Below, piece by piece: positions 13,082 through 24,753 of a stretch of DNA of 64,000 nucleotides. The position numbers were made by a program, and so were the translations under genes. Position 1 is the stretch's first letter. Each line of letters begins with the position of its first letter. The notes under the pieces are model-generated. The model had not been told where the DNA came from, searched no databases, and was given only the letters and a program-made list of their open reading frames with translations. This DNA is from Balanoglossus misakiensis (taxonomy: Eukaryota > Animalia > Hemichordata). The stretch spans positions 11,545,398 through 11,609,397 of the forward strand of contig CM082588.2 in the NCBI GenBank assembly GCA_040954595.2, written 5' to 3'.

Positions 13082-13744
13082 ATGTGAGAGCTTGGAAATT
13101 TCCAAGCACTGACAAGGGTCAGTGGTCGGAAATTTCCAGACACTCAGGGAATGTGAGAGTCTGGAAATTTCCAAGCACTGACAAGGGTCAGTGGTCGGAA
13201 ATTTGCAGACACTCAGGGAATGTGAGAGCTTAGAAATTTCCAAGCACTGACAAGGGTCAGTGGTCGGAAATTTCCAGACACTCAGGGAATGTGAGAGCCT
13301 GGAAATTTCCAAGCACTGACAAGGGTCAGTGGTCGGAAATTTCCAGACACTCAGGGAATGTGAGAGCCTGGAAATTTCCAAGCACTGACAAGGGTCAGTG
13401 GTCGGACATTTCCAGACACTCAGGGAATGTGAGAGCTTAGAAATTTCCAAGCACTGACAAGGGTCAGTGGTCGGAAATTTCCAGACACTCAGGGAATGTG
13501 AGAGCTTAGAAATTTCCAAGCACTGACAAGGGTCAGTGGTCGGAAATTTCCAGACACTCAGGGAATGTGAGAGCCTGGAAATTTCCAAGCACTGACAAGG
13601 GCAGTGGTCGGAAATTTCCAGACACTCAGAGAATGTGAGAGCTTAGAAATTTCCGAGCACTGACAAGGGTCAGTGGTCGGAAATTTCCGGACACTCAGGG
13701 AATGTGAGAGCCTTGAACTTTCCAAGCACTGACAGGGTCGTGGT
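13082..13744 (+). repeat. 69-bp minisatellite, ~9.6 copies (left arm)
   Basis: Unit GGGAATGTGAGAGCCTGGAAATTTCCAAGCACTGACAAGGGTCAGTGGTCGGAAATTTCCAGACACTCA. Confidence 0.97.
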
Positions 13745-13792
13745 AGTCCTCCGTACATGTCTGCGTTCTCCCGGCTTCCAGCACATCTCTGC

Positions 13793-14186
13793 AAGGCTCC
13801 GTGGACAAAACTGATTCGTCTGAGATCCGGATCCGGACAGCAGCTTTTCGGCCGAGATTCGATTTTATCGGGGGGAATCTTTCCCCCGTCTACCCACAAA
13901 TGACTCCAAATATGATGCAATTAACTTCCGAGCCGCTCGCTTTCTGATTTTCTCTTGTGTTTACCTGTTGAGATCGCCATATTGAATACAGTGAGGTTAT
14001 CTCAATGGGTAAACACAAAAGTTTCAGAAAGCGAGCGGTTCGGATGTTAGAAGAAATCAATCGCGGAGTCGGTTATAACCGGTTAGTAGACAGGGAAAGG
14101 ATATTCTCCCGATAAAATCGAATTTCGGCGAAAAGCTCTGGTACGGATCTGGACCGCAGACGCACCAGGTTTGTCTAAGGAGCCTT
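13793..14186. repeat. ~394-bp imperfect palindrome (possible old nested MITE)
   Basis: Nested inverted pairs: AAGGCTCC/GGAGCCTT, TTCGATTTTATCGGG/CCCGATAAAATCGAA, CCGCTCGCTTTCTGA/TCAGAAAGCGAGCGG, TTGTGTTTACC/GGTAAACACAA, TTGAGAT/ATCTCAA. Centre at ~13988. Confidence 0.85.
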
Positions 14187-14249
14187 AGCGACACAATGTT
14201 CATGACAGGCTTCGCCTACCAACTCCTCTGAGTTAGCCCATACACTAGT

Positions 14250-14482
14250 TGTTTATTGGGAATTGGTATTGTTTATCTGACATAATTGTTCTTTCTACTC
14301 TGTATACAAAGTCACAACTTCACAACTACCAAATGCTATTGTTCTTGAATTATGCAGTGTTACCAAATGTCACAGATCAAACCACTGTATATAAAGAAGT
14401 ATTGGCCATCCCGCCCCTCTCTCTTCATTCTGAACCTATTCCCAAGTGTACGCGGTACATTTGTTGGTGCCGAGACCAGGAT
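14250..14482 (+). mobile_element. LTR-end plus tRNA(His)-like primer-binding-site fragment inside the foldback element
   Basis: ...CGCGGTACA (LTR-like CA end at 14459) is followed by TGGTGCCGAGACCAGGAT at 14465-14482, 17/18 identical to the PBS of BEL/Pao #2. The left boundary is uncertain. Confidence 0.6.
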
Positions 14483-14649
14483 GTCGGGCATGGAGAGAGA
14501 TAGAGAAGAACAGCAGAAGTGGCCACTGCAGTCAAATGACCAAACTCATCCGTAGGGTTGACGATATAAACACAGGCGAAGTTCCTCAACAGATCGTTTT
14601 CCTAAAGGCCATAATTTGAAACATGATAGAGAAACTCAAGATTTACAAG

Positions 14650-15258
14650 CACTGACCCTGTCAATGCTTGGAAATTTCCAGGCTCTCACATTCCCCGAGT
14701 GTCTGGAAATTTCCGGCCACTGACCCTTGTCAGTGCTTGGAAATTTCTAAGCTCTCACATTCCCTGAGTGTTTGGAAATTTCCGACCACTGACCCTTGTC
14801 AGTGCTTGGAAATTTCTAAGCTCTCACATTCCCTGAGTGTTTGGAAATTTCCGACCACTGACCCTGTCAATGCTTGGAAATTTCCAGGCTCTCACATTCC
14901 CCGAGTGTCTGGAAATTTCCGACCACTGACCCTGTCGATGCTTGGAAATTTCCAGGCTCTCACATTCCCTGAGTGTCTGGAAATTTCCGACCACTGACCC
15001 TTGTCAGTGCTTGGAAATTTCTAAGCTCTCACATTCCCTGAGTGTTTGGAAATTTCCGACCACTGACCCTTGTCAGTGCTTGGAAATTTCCAGGCTCTCA
15101 CATTCCCTGAGTGTCTGGAAATTTCCGACCACTGACCCTTGTCAGTGCTTGGAAATTTCCAGGCTCTCACATTCCCTGAGTGTCTGGAAATTTCCGACCA
15201 CTGACCCTTGTCAGTGCTTGGAAATTTCCAGGCTCTCACATTTCCAAGCACTGACCCT
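14650..15258 (-). repeat. 69-bp minisatellite, ~8.7 copies, inverted relative to the left arm
   Basis: Reverse complement of the unit at 13082-13744 (CCACTGACCCTTGTCAGTGCTTGGAAATTTCCAGGCTCTCACATTCCCTGAGTGTCTGGAAATTTCCGA). Confidence 0.97.
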
Positions 15259-18200
15259 TCTGGAGTGACTAGCAATTTTTGCAAATTGTACTATTAATTG
15301 AATTCATAATTTATTTATTAGTTTTTTTCAATGAAATATTCAAATCCATACAAACCAAAGATGGCTCCTTCATTATTTCTATGGAAATTTCACAGTTTAT
15401 TCTTTTCTTTCTGCACACTCGCAAACATCTTGAAAATAATCATAGAAAAATATCGAAATATATTGTACTGTGAACAAAACACTAATTTCCTTGAAAAAAG
15501 TTTAAAAAACGGCTACTTTTCGGAAATTGGAAAATGTTTTCTATACTGTTAGAGCCAGGCCGAAGGAAATCCGACTTGATCACCGTTGCTAACGAACGCT
15601 AGTGTCTGTCATGGTGTGCCGGGGTTTTAGTCGAGCCAGGCCGTAGGAGATCTGACTTGATCATCGTGGTCAATGTACGCGTGTTTCCGCTCGAAAGTGC
15701 CGGGGCTTCAGCTAAACCAGGCCGTAGGAAATCCGACGTAATCACCGTTGATAACTTACGCCAGTCTGTGTCATATAGAGCCGGTGCACCAGCCGAGTCA
15801 CGCCGTAGGAAATCTGCCTTGATCAACGTGGTCAATGTTAGCCTGTTTCTGCTCTAGAGTGCCGGGGCTTTATCCAAGCCATGCCGTAGAAAATCTGACT
15901 TGATCACCGTTGCTAACGTACGCTAGTGTCTGTCATATTGTGTCGGAGATTTAGCCGAGCCAGGCCGTAGAAAAATCGACTTGTTCAACGTTACCAGTGT
16001 GCAACTGTTTCTGCTCTAGAGTGTCAGGGTTTTAGCCGACTTATGCTGTAGGAAATCTGAGTTGATGAACGGGAATTCAATGTTAGAAAACCCGTGTGGA
16101 AAGTATCTCTACCCGTTTGAAACTAAGAAAAGAGTTTATTCTTATTTATTTTGTAAAAAAAGACAATTTTTCGAAAAAAAGTCGAAAATGGTAATTTTGT
16201 CTTGGGTGATTCAAATTATACCGCCTTTTCTGGAATTTGCAGCCCTTTTTACAAGAGAACGGCACTTCATGCTCCATAATATTTCCGAAAATGAAGAAAA
16301 GAGTTAATTTTTTATGATTTTTTAAAAATTTACCATTTTTGTCAAAATATGGCCAAAATGGCTATTTTTTCTTGAATTCCGTCAATATCTCTGCATTTTT
16401 GGAGTGGTCGAAAGTTTTAACATACAATCAACATGTCATATATGATCAGGGCACCAAATTCGAAGAACAAAGGTTTTTTTATTTTTTTTCTAAAAATGAC
16501 ATTTTTAAGGAAAATTGAGTAAAACGCAATTTTGTCTGCAGTGAGCCAAATTAGACGGTCTTTTGTGGAATTTGTATCGATATATACATACGAAGAGCAT
16601 TCTATACTCCATCAGATTTCCGAAAATGTAGAAAACAGGTATTTTTTGTAATTTTCAAAAATTTACCATTTTGACCAAATTGTGGCTAAAATTGTTATTT
16701 TCGTGTTGAATGCCGCCAGTGTCACTGCTTTTAAAAGTCATAAAAACTTTTAGCATACAAGCAATTGTTTATATATGATCAGGTCACCGAATTAAAAAAA
16801 TAAAGAATGTTTTGCCTAAAAATGACCTTTTTGGTGCAAAAACGAATAAAACGCAATTTTGTATTAAATCAGCTCATTCAGAGTGCATTTTTATAATCAG
16901 CACCATTTTTACGTATAATGGAAATTTCATACATCATCAGATATCCAAATATGAAAAAAATGATTTAGATTTTAGATGATTGTCCAAAATTAGCTGATAT
17001 CAAATAAATGTAGTATTGAACCGTTCTGTCCCCCCCCCCCCCTACACTATATGCGGTACGCCGATGTCAGCTTACCCGGCAGTACTGCAGGCCGTGCCCC
17101 CAACTAACGTCGGTGTTTGAAACGCCCTTGTTAAATTCGGGCTTTCTCTATAAATTGACAGGCAATAATGCAGTCCTACCCGAACAAATGTCGAGTGTTG
17201 ACCCGCTGTGACTTTCCCTCTTCGGTTTGCCCGTCTTAGCCAACGTCTTTGTACTAGAGTGTCGGGTCTTTTGCAGAGCCAGGCCGAAGGAAATCCGACT
17301 TGATCACCGTTGCTAACGAACGCTAGTGTCTGTCATGGTGTGCCGGGGTTTTAGTCGAGCCAGGCCGTAGGAGATCTGACTTAATCACCGTGGTCAATGT
17401 ACGCGTGTTTCCGCTCGAAAGTGCCGGGGCTTCAGCTAAACCAGGCCGTAGGAAATCCGACGTAATCACCGTTGATAACTTACTCCAGTCTATGTCATAT
17501 AGAGCCGGTGCACCAGCGGAGTCACGCCGTAGGAAATCTGGCTTGATCAACGTGGTCTCTGTACGCGTGTTTCTGCTCTAGAGTGCCGGGGCTTTATCCA
17601 AGCCATGCCGTAGAAAATCTGACTTGATCACCGTTGCTAACGTACGCTAGTGTCTGTCATATTGTGTCGGAGATTTAGCCGAGCCAGGCCGTAGAAAAAT
17701 CGACTTGTTCAACGTTACCAGTGTGCAACTGTTTCTGCTCTAGAGTGTCAGGGTTTTAGCCGACTTATGCTGTAGGAAATCTGAGTTGATGAACGGGAAT
17801 TCAATGTTAGAAAACCCGTGTGGAAAGTATCTCTACCCGTTTGAAACTAAGAAAAGAGTTTATTCTTATTTATTTTGTAAAAAAAGACAATTTTTCGAAA
17901 AAAAGTCGAAAATGGTAATTTTGTCTTGGGTGATTCAAATTATACCGCCTTTTCTGGAATTTGCAGCCCTTTTTACAAGAGAACGGCACTTCATGCTACA
18001 TAATATTTCCGAAAATGAAGAAAAGAGTTAATTTTTTATGATTTTTTAAAAATTTACCATTTTTGTCAAAATATGGCCAAAATGGCTATTTTTTCTTGAA
18101 TTCCGTCAATATCTCTGCATTTTTGGAGTGGTCGAAAGTTTTAACATACAATCAACATGTCATATATGATCAGGGCACCAAATTCGAAGAACAAAGGTTT

Positions 18201-21200
18201 TTTTATTTTTTTTCTAAAAATGACATTTTTAAGGAAAATTGAGTAAAACGCAATTTTGTCTGCAGTGAGCCAAATTAGACGGTCTTTTGTGGAATTTGTA
18301 TCGATATATACATACGAAGAGCATTCTATACTCCATCAGATTTCCGAAAATGTAGAAAACAGGTATTTTTTGTAATTTTCAAAAATTTACCATTTTGACC
18401 AAATTGTGGCTAAAATTGTTATTTTCGTGTTGAATGCCGCCAGTGTCACTGCTTTTAAAAGTCATAAAAACTTTTAGCATACAAGCAATTGTTTATATAT
18501 GATCAGGTCACCGAATTAAAAAAATAAAGAATGTTTTGCCTAAAAATGACCTTTTTGGTGCAAAAACGAATAAAACGCAATTTTGTATTAAATCAGCTCA
18601 TTCAGAGTGCATTTTTATAATCAGCACCATTTTTACGTATAATGGAAATTTCATACATCATCAGATATCCAAATATGAAAAAAATGATTTAGATTTTAGA
18701 TGATTGTCCAAAATTAGCTGATATCAAATAAATGTAGTATTGAACCGTTCTGTCCCCCCCCCCCTACACTATATGCGGTACGCCGATGTCAGCTTACCCG
18801 GCAGTACTGCAGGCCGTGCCCCCAACTAACGTCGGTGTTTGAAACGCCCTTGTTAAATTCGGGCGTTCTCTATAAATTGACAGGCAATAATGCAGTCCTA
18901 CCCGAACAAATGTCGAGTGTTGACCCGCTGTGACTTTCCCTCTTCGGTTTGCCCGTCTTAGCCAACGTCTTTGTACTAGAGTGTCGGGTCTTTTGCAGAG
19001 CCAGGCCGAAGGAAATCCGACTTGATCACCGTTGCTAACGAACGCTAGTGTCTGTCATGGTGTGCCGGGGTTTTAGTCGAGCCAGGCCGTAGGAGATCTG
19101 ACTTAATCACCGTGGTCAATGTACGCGTGTTTCCGCTCGAAAGTGCCGGGGCTTCAGCTAAACCAGGCCGTAGGAAATCCGACGTAATCACCGTTGATAA
19201 CTTACTCCAGTCTATGTCATATAGAGCCGGTGCACCAGCGGAGTCACGCCGTAGGAAATCTGGCTTGATCAACGTGGTCTCTGTACGCGTGTTTCTGCTC
19301 TAGAGTGCCGGGGCTTTATCCAAGCCATGCCGTAGAAAATCTGACTTGATCACCGTTGCTAACGTACGCTAGTGTCTGTCATATTGTGTCGGAGATTTAG
19401 CCGAGCCAGGCCGTAGAAAAATCGACTTGTTCAACGTTACCAGTGTGCAACTGTTTCTGCTCTAGAGTGTCAGGGTTTTAGCCGACTTATGCTGTAGGAA
19501 ATCTGAGTTGATGAACGGGAATTCAATGTTAGAAAACCCGTGTGGAAAGTATCTCTACCCGTTTGAAACTAAGAAAAGAGTTTATTCTTATTTATTTTGT
19601 AAAAAAAGACAATTTTTCGAAAAAAAGTCGAAAATGGTAATTTTGTCTTGGGTGATTCAAATTATACCGCCTTTTCTGGAATTTGCAGCCCTTTTTACAA
19701 GAGAACGGCACTTCATGCTCCATAATATTTCCGAAAATGAAGAAAAGAGTTAATTTTTTATGATTTTTTAAAAATTTACCATTTTTGTCAAAATATGGCC
19801 AAAATGGCTATTTTTTCTTGAATTCCGTCAATATCTCTGCATTTTTGGAGTGGTCGAAAGTTTTAACATACAATCAACATGTCATATATGATCAGGGCAC
19901 CAAATTCGAAGAACAAAGGTTTTTTTATTTTTTTTCTAAAAATGACATTTTTAAGGAAAATTGAGTAAAACGCAATTTTGTCTGCAGTGAGCCAAATTAG
20001 ACGGTCTTTTGTGGAATTTGTATCGATATATACATACGAAGAGCATTCTATACTCCATCAGATTTCCGAAAATGTAGAAAACAGGTATTTTTTGTAATTT
20101 TCAAAAATTTACCATTTTGACCAAATTGTGGCTAAAATTGTTATTTTCGTGTTGAATGCCGCCAGTGTCACTGCTTTTAAAAGTCATAAAAACTTTTAGC
20201 ATACAAGCAATTGTTTATATATGATCAGGTCACCGAATTAAAAAAATAAAGAATGTTTTGCCTAAAAATGACCTTTTTGGTGCAAAAACGAATAAAACGC
20301 AATTTTGTATTAAATCAGCTCATTCAGAGTGCATTTTTATAATCAGCACCATTTTTACGTATAATGGAAATTTCATACATCATCAGATATCCAAATATGA
20401 AAAAAATGATTTAGATTTTAGATGATTGTCCAAAATTAGCTGATATCAAATAAATGTAGTATTGAACCGTTCTGTCCCCCCCCCCTACACTATATGCGGT
20501 ACGCCGATGTCAGCTTACCCGGCAGTACTGCAGGCCGTGCCCCCAACTAACGTCGGTGTTTGAAACGCCCTTGTTAAATTCGGGCTTTCTCTATAAATTG
20601 ACAGGCAATAATGCAGTCCTACCCGAACAAATGTCGAGTGTTGACCCGCTGTGACTTTCCCTCTTCGGTTTGCCCGTCTTAGCCAACGTCTTTGTACTAG
20701 AGTGTCGGGTCTTTTGCAGAGCCAGGCCGAAGGAAATCCGACTTGATCACCGTTGCTAACGAACGCTAGTGTCTGTCATGGTGTGCCGGGGTTTTAGTCG
20801 AGCCAGGCCGTAGGAGATCTGACTTAATCACCGTGGTCAATGTACGCGTGTTTCCGCTCGAAAGTGCCGGGGCTTCAGCTAAACCAGGCCGTAGGAAATC
20901 CGACGTAATCACCGTTGATAACTTACTCCAGTCTATGTCATATAGAGCCGGTGCACCAGCGGAGTCACGCCGTAGGAAATCTGGCTTGATCAACGTGGTC
21001 AATGTACGCCTGTTTCTGCTCTAGAGTGTCGGGGCTTCAGCTGAGCCAGGCCGTAGGAAACCCGACGTGATTACCGTTGTTAACTTACGCCAGTCTGTGT
21101 CCTATATATAGTGCCGGGGCATCAGCCGTGCCAGGCCGAAGAAAATGTGAGTAGATCAACGTGGTCTCTGTACGCGTGTTTCTGCTCTAGAGTGCCAGGG

Positions 21201-22941
21201 CTTTAGCCAAGGCATGCCGTAGGAAATCCGACTTGATCACCGTTGCTAACGAACGCTAGTGTCTGTCATGGTGTGCCGGGGTTTTAGTCGAGCCAGGCCG
21301 TAGGAGATCTGACTTGATCATCGTGGTCAATGTACGCGTGTTTCCGCTCGAAAGTGCCGGGGCTTCAGCTAAACCAGGCCGTAGGAAATCCGACGTAATC
21401 ACCGTTGATAACTTACGCCAGTCTGTGTCATATAGAGCCGGTGCACCAGCCGAGTCACGCCGTAGGAAATCTGCCTTGATCAACGTGGTCAATGTTAGCC
21501 TGTTTCTGCTCTAGAGTGCCGGGGCTTTATCCAAGCCATGCCGTAGAAAATCTGACTTGATCACCGTTGCTTACGTACGCTAGTGTCTGTCATATTGTGA
21601 CGGAGATTTAGCCGAGCCAGGCCGTAGAAAAATTGACTTGTTCAACGTTACCAGTGTGCAACTGTTTCTGCTCTAGAGTATCAGGGTTTTAGCCGACTTA
21701 TGCTGTAGGAAATCTGAGTTGATGAACTGGAATTCAATGTTAGAAAACCTGTGTGGAAAGTATCTCTACCCGTTTGAAACTAAGAAAAGAATTTATTCTT
21801 ATTTATTTTGTAAAAAAGACAATTTTTCGAAAAAAAAGTCGAAAATGGTAATTTTGTCTTGGGTGATTTAAATTATACCGCCTTTTCTGGAATTTGCAGC
21901 ACTTTTTACAAGAGAACGACACTTCATGCTCCATAATATTTCCGAAAATGAAGAAAAGAGTTAATTTTTTATGATTTTTTAAAAAATTACCATTTTTGTC
22001 AAAATATGGCCAAAATGGCTATTTTTTCTTGAATTCCGTCAATATCTCTGCATTTTTGGAGTGGTCGAAAGTTTTAACATACAATCAACATGTCATATAT
22101 GATCAGGGCACCAAATTCGAAGAACAAAGGTTTTTTTATTTGTTTTTCTAAAAATGACATTTTCAAGGAAAATTTGGTAAAACGCAATTTTGTCTGCAGT
22201 GAGCCAAATTAGACGGTCTTTTGTGGAATTTGTATCGATATATACCTACGAAGAGCATTCTATACTCCATCAGATTTCCGAAAATGTAGAAAACAGGTTT
22301 TTTTGTAATTTTCAAAAATTTACCATTTTGACCAAATTGTGGCTAAAATTGTTATTTTCGTGTTGAATGCCGCCAGTGTCACTGCTTTTAAAAGTCATAA
22401 AAACGTTTAACATACAAGCAATTGTTTATATATGATCAGGTCACCGAATTAAAAAAATAAAGAATGTTTTGCCTAAAAATGACATTTTTGGTGCAAAAAC
22501 GAATAAAACGCAATTTTGTATTAAATCAGCTCATTCAGAGTGCATTTTTTATAATCAGCACCATTTTTACATATAATGGAAATTTCATACATCATCAGAT
22601 ATCCAAATATGAAAAAAATGATTTAGATTTTAGATGATTGTCCAAAATTAGCTGATATCAAATAAATGTAGTATTGAACCGTTCTGTTTCCCCCCCCCCC
22701 CTACACTATACGCGGTACGCCGATGTCAGCTTACCCGGCAGTACTGCAGGCCGTGCCCCCAACTAACGTCGGTGTTTGAAACGCCCTGGTTAAATTCGGG
22801 CTTTCTCTATAAATTGACAGGTAATAATGCAGTCCTACCCGAACAAATGTCGAGTGTTGACCCGCTGTGACTTTCCCTCTTCGGTTTGCCCGTCTTAGCC
22901 AACGTCTTTGTACTAGAGTGTCGGGTCTTTTGCAGAGCCAG

Positions 22942-23780
22942 GCCGAAGGAAATCCGACTTGATCACCGTTGCTAACGAACGCTAGTGTCTGTCATGGTGT
23001 GCCGGGGTTTTAGTCGAGCCAGGCCGTAGGAGATCTGACTTGATCATCGTGGTCAATGTACGCGTGTTTCCGCTCGAAAGTGCCGGGGCTTCAGCTAAAC
23101 CAGGCCGTAGGAAATCCGACGTAATCACCGTTGATAACTTACTCCAGTCTGTGTCATATAGAGCCGGTGCACCAGCGGAGTCACGCCGTAGGAAATCTGG
23201 CTTGATCAACGTGGTCAATGTACGCCTGTTTCTGCTCTAGAGTGCCGGGGCTTCAGCTGAGCCAAGCCGTAGGAAACCCGACGTGATTACCGTTGTTAAC
23301 TTACGCCAGTCTGTGTCCTATATATAGTGCCGTGGCATCAGCCGTGCCAGGCCGAAGAAAATGTGAGTAGATCAACGTGGTCTCTGTACGCGTGTTTCTG
23401 CTCTAGAGTGCCAGGGCTTTAGCCAAGGCATGCCGTAGGAAATCTCACTTGATCAACGTTGCTAACGAACGCTAGTGTCTGTCATAGTGTGCCGGGGTTT
23501 TAGTCGAGCCAAGCCGTAGGAGATCAGACTTGATCAACGTGGTCTCTGTACGCGTGTTTCTGCTCTAGAGTGCCGGGGCTTTATCCAAGCCATGCCGTAG
23601 AAAATCTGACTTGATCACCGTTGCTAACGTACGCTAGTGTCTGTCATATTGTGTCGGAGATTTAGCCGAGCCAGGCCGTAGAAAAATCGACTTGTTCAAC
23701 GTTACCAGTGTGCAACTGTTTCTGCTCTAGAGTGTCAGGGTTTTAGCCGACTTATGCTGTAGGAAATCTGAGTTGATGAA
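22942..23780. repeat. GC-rich sub-array of 81-bp monomers (162-bp dimers); example unit, present in every macro-unit
   Basis: Motif GCCG(T/A)AGGAAATCTGACTTGATCA recurs exactly every 81 bp (e.g. 15559, 15640, 15721, 15802, 15883, 15964, 16045). One monomer is 85 bp (23266-23350). Odd and even monomers alternate (CGCTAGTGTCTGTCAT type vs TTTCTGCTCTAGAGTG type). The standard unit has 10 monomers plus partials. Confidence 0.95.
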
Positions 23781-23799
23781 CGGGAATTCAATGTTAGAA

Positions 23800-24725
23800 A
23801 ACCCGTGTGGAAAGTATCTCTACCCGTTTGAAACTAAGAAAAGAATTTATTCTTATTTATTTTGTAAAAAAAGACAATTTTTCGAAAAAAAGTCGAAAAT
23901 GGTAATTTTGTCTTGGGTGATTCAAATTATACCGCCTTTTCTGGAATTTGCAGCCCTTTTTACAAGAGAACGGCACTTCATGCTCCATAATATTTCCGAA
24001 AATGAAGAAAAGAGTTAATTTTTTATGATTTTTTAAAAATTTACCATTTTTGTCAAAATATGGCCAAAATGGCTATTTTTTCTTGAATTCCGTCAATATC
24101 TCTGCATTTTTGGAGTGGTCGAAAGTTTTAACATACAATCAACATGTCATATATGATCAGGGCACCAAATTCGAAGAACAAAGGTTTTTTTATTTTTTTT
24201 CTAAAAATGACATTTTTAAGGAAAATTGAGTAAAACGCAATTTTGTCTGCAGTGAGCCAAATTAGACGGTCTTTTGTGGAATTTGTATCGATATATACAT
24301 ACGAAGAGCATTCTATACTCCATCAGATTTCCGAAAATGTAGAAGACAGGTATTTTTTGTAATTTTCAAAAATTTACCATTTTGACCAAATTGTGGCTAA
24401 AATTGTTATTTTCGTGTTGAATGCCGCCAGTGTCACTGCTTTTAAAAGTCATAAAAACTTTTAGCATACAAGCAATTGTTTATATATGATCAGGTCACCG
24501 AATTAAAAAAATAAAGAATGTTTTGCCTAAAAATGACCTTTTTTGGTGCAAAAACGAATAAAACGCAATTTTGTATTAAATCAGCTCATTCAGAGTGCAT
24601 TTTTATAATCAGCACCATTTTTACGTATAATGGAAATTTCATACATCATCAGATATCCAAATATGAAAAAAATGATTTAGATTTTAGATGATTGTCCAAA
24701 ATTAGCTGATATCAAATAAATGTAG
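23800..24725. repeat. AT-rich block of ~5.5 diverged ~165-170 bp monomers (dimer period 327-337 bp); example unit
   Basis: In the first unit ATTTCCGAAAAT lies at 1693 and 2030, AATTTTGT at 1605, 1942 and 2270, and CATCAGAT at 2024 and 2351. Half-period echoes (AAAATGG/TATTTT) lie at ~1775 and ~2110. A/T tracts are abundant. Confidence 0.8.
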
Positions 24726-24741
24726 TATTGAACCGTTCTGT

Positions 24742-24753
24742 CCCCCCCCCCCC
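24742..24753 (+). repeat. Length-variable poly-C tract (one per complete macro-unit); example
   Basis: GAACCGTTCTG(T)n(C)nTAC is present in each complete unit, with C-run length differing between copies (about 9-15). Confidence 0.95.

Larger units (their letters stand above)
12547..15550. mobile_element. Non-autonomous foldback-type DNA element (~3.0 kb), superfamily unassigned
   Basis: Perfect 34-bp TIR AACAGTATAGAAAACATTTTCCAATTTCCGAAAA at 12547-12580 and 15517-15550. AT-rich subterminal arms and two oppositely oriented 69-bp arrays. No TSD: the left flank is retrotransposon and the right flank is satellite. Confidence 0.88.

Noticed and set aside
12980-15284. ORFs with 23-aa repeats (LEISRLSHSLSVWKFPTTDPCQC)
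   Set aside because: A by-product of a 69-bp (3n) minisatellite. They appear on both strands following the inversion and are frameshifted by 1-bp deletions.
15559-16060. 81-mer or 69-mer arrays as CRISPR arrays
   Set aside because: No unique spacers and no cas genes; the context is eukaryotic retrotransposons.
22942-23780. 5S rRNA / snRNA / SL-RNA tandem gene array (minus-strand CCTACGGCC and GTCTGATCTC resemble 5S fragments; ATTTTTGGAG in the AT block resembles an Sm site)
   Set aside because: Matches are 10 nt or shorter, not collinear with 5S, and lack the remaining conserved sequence.
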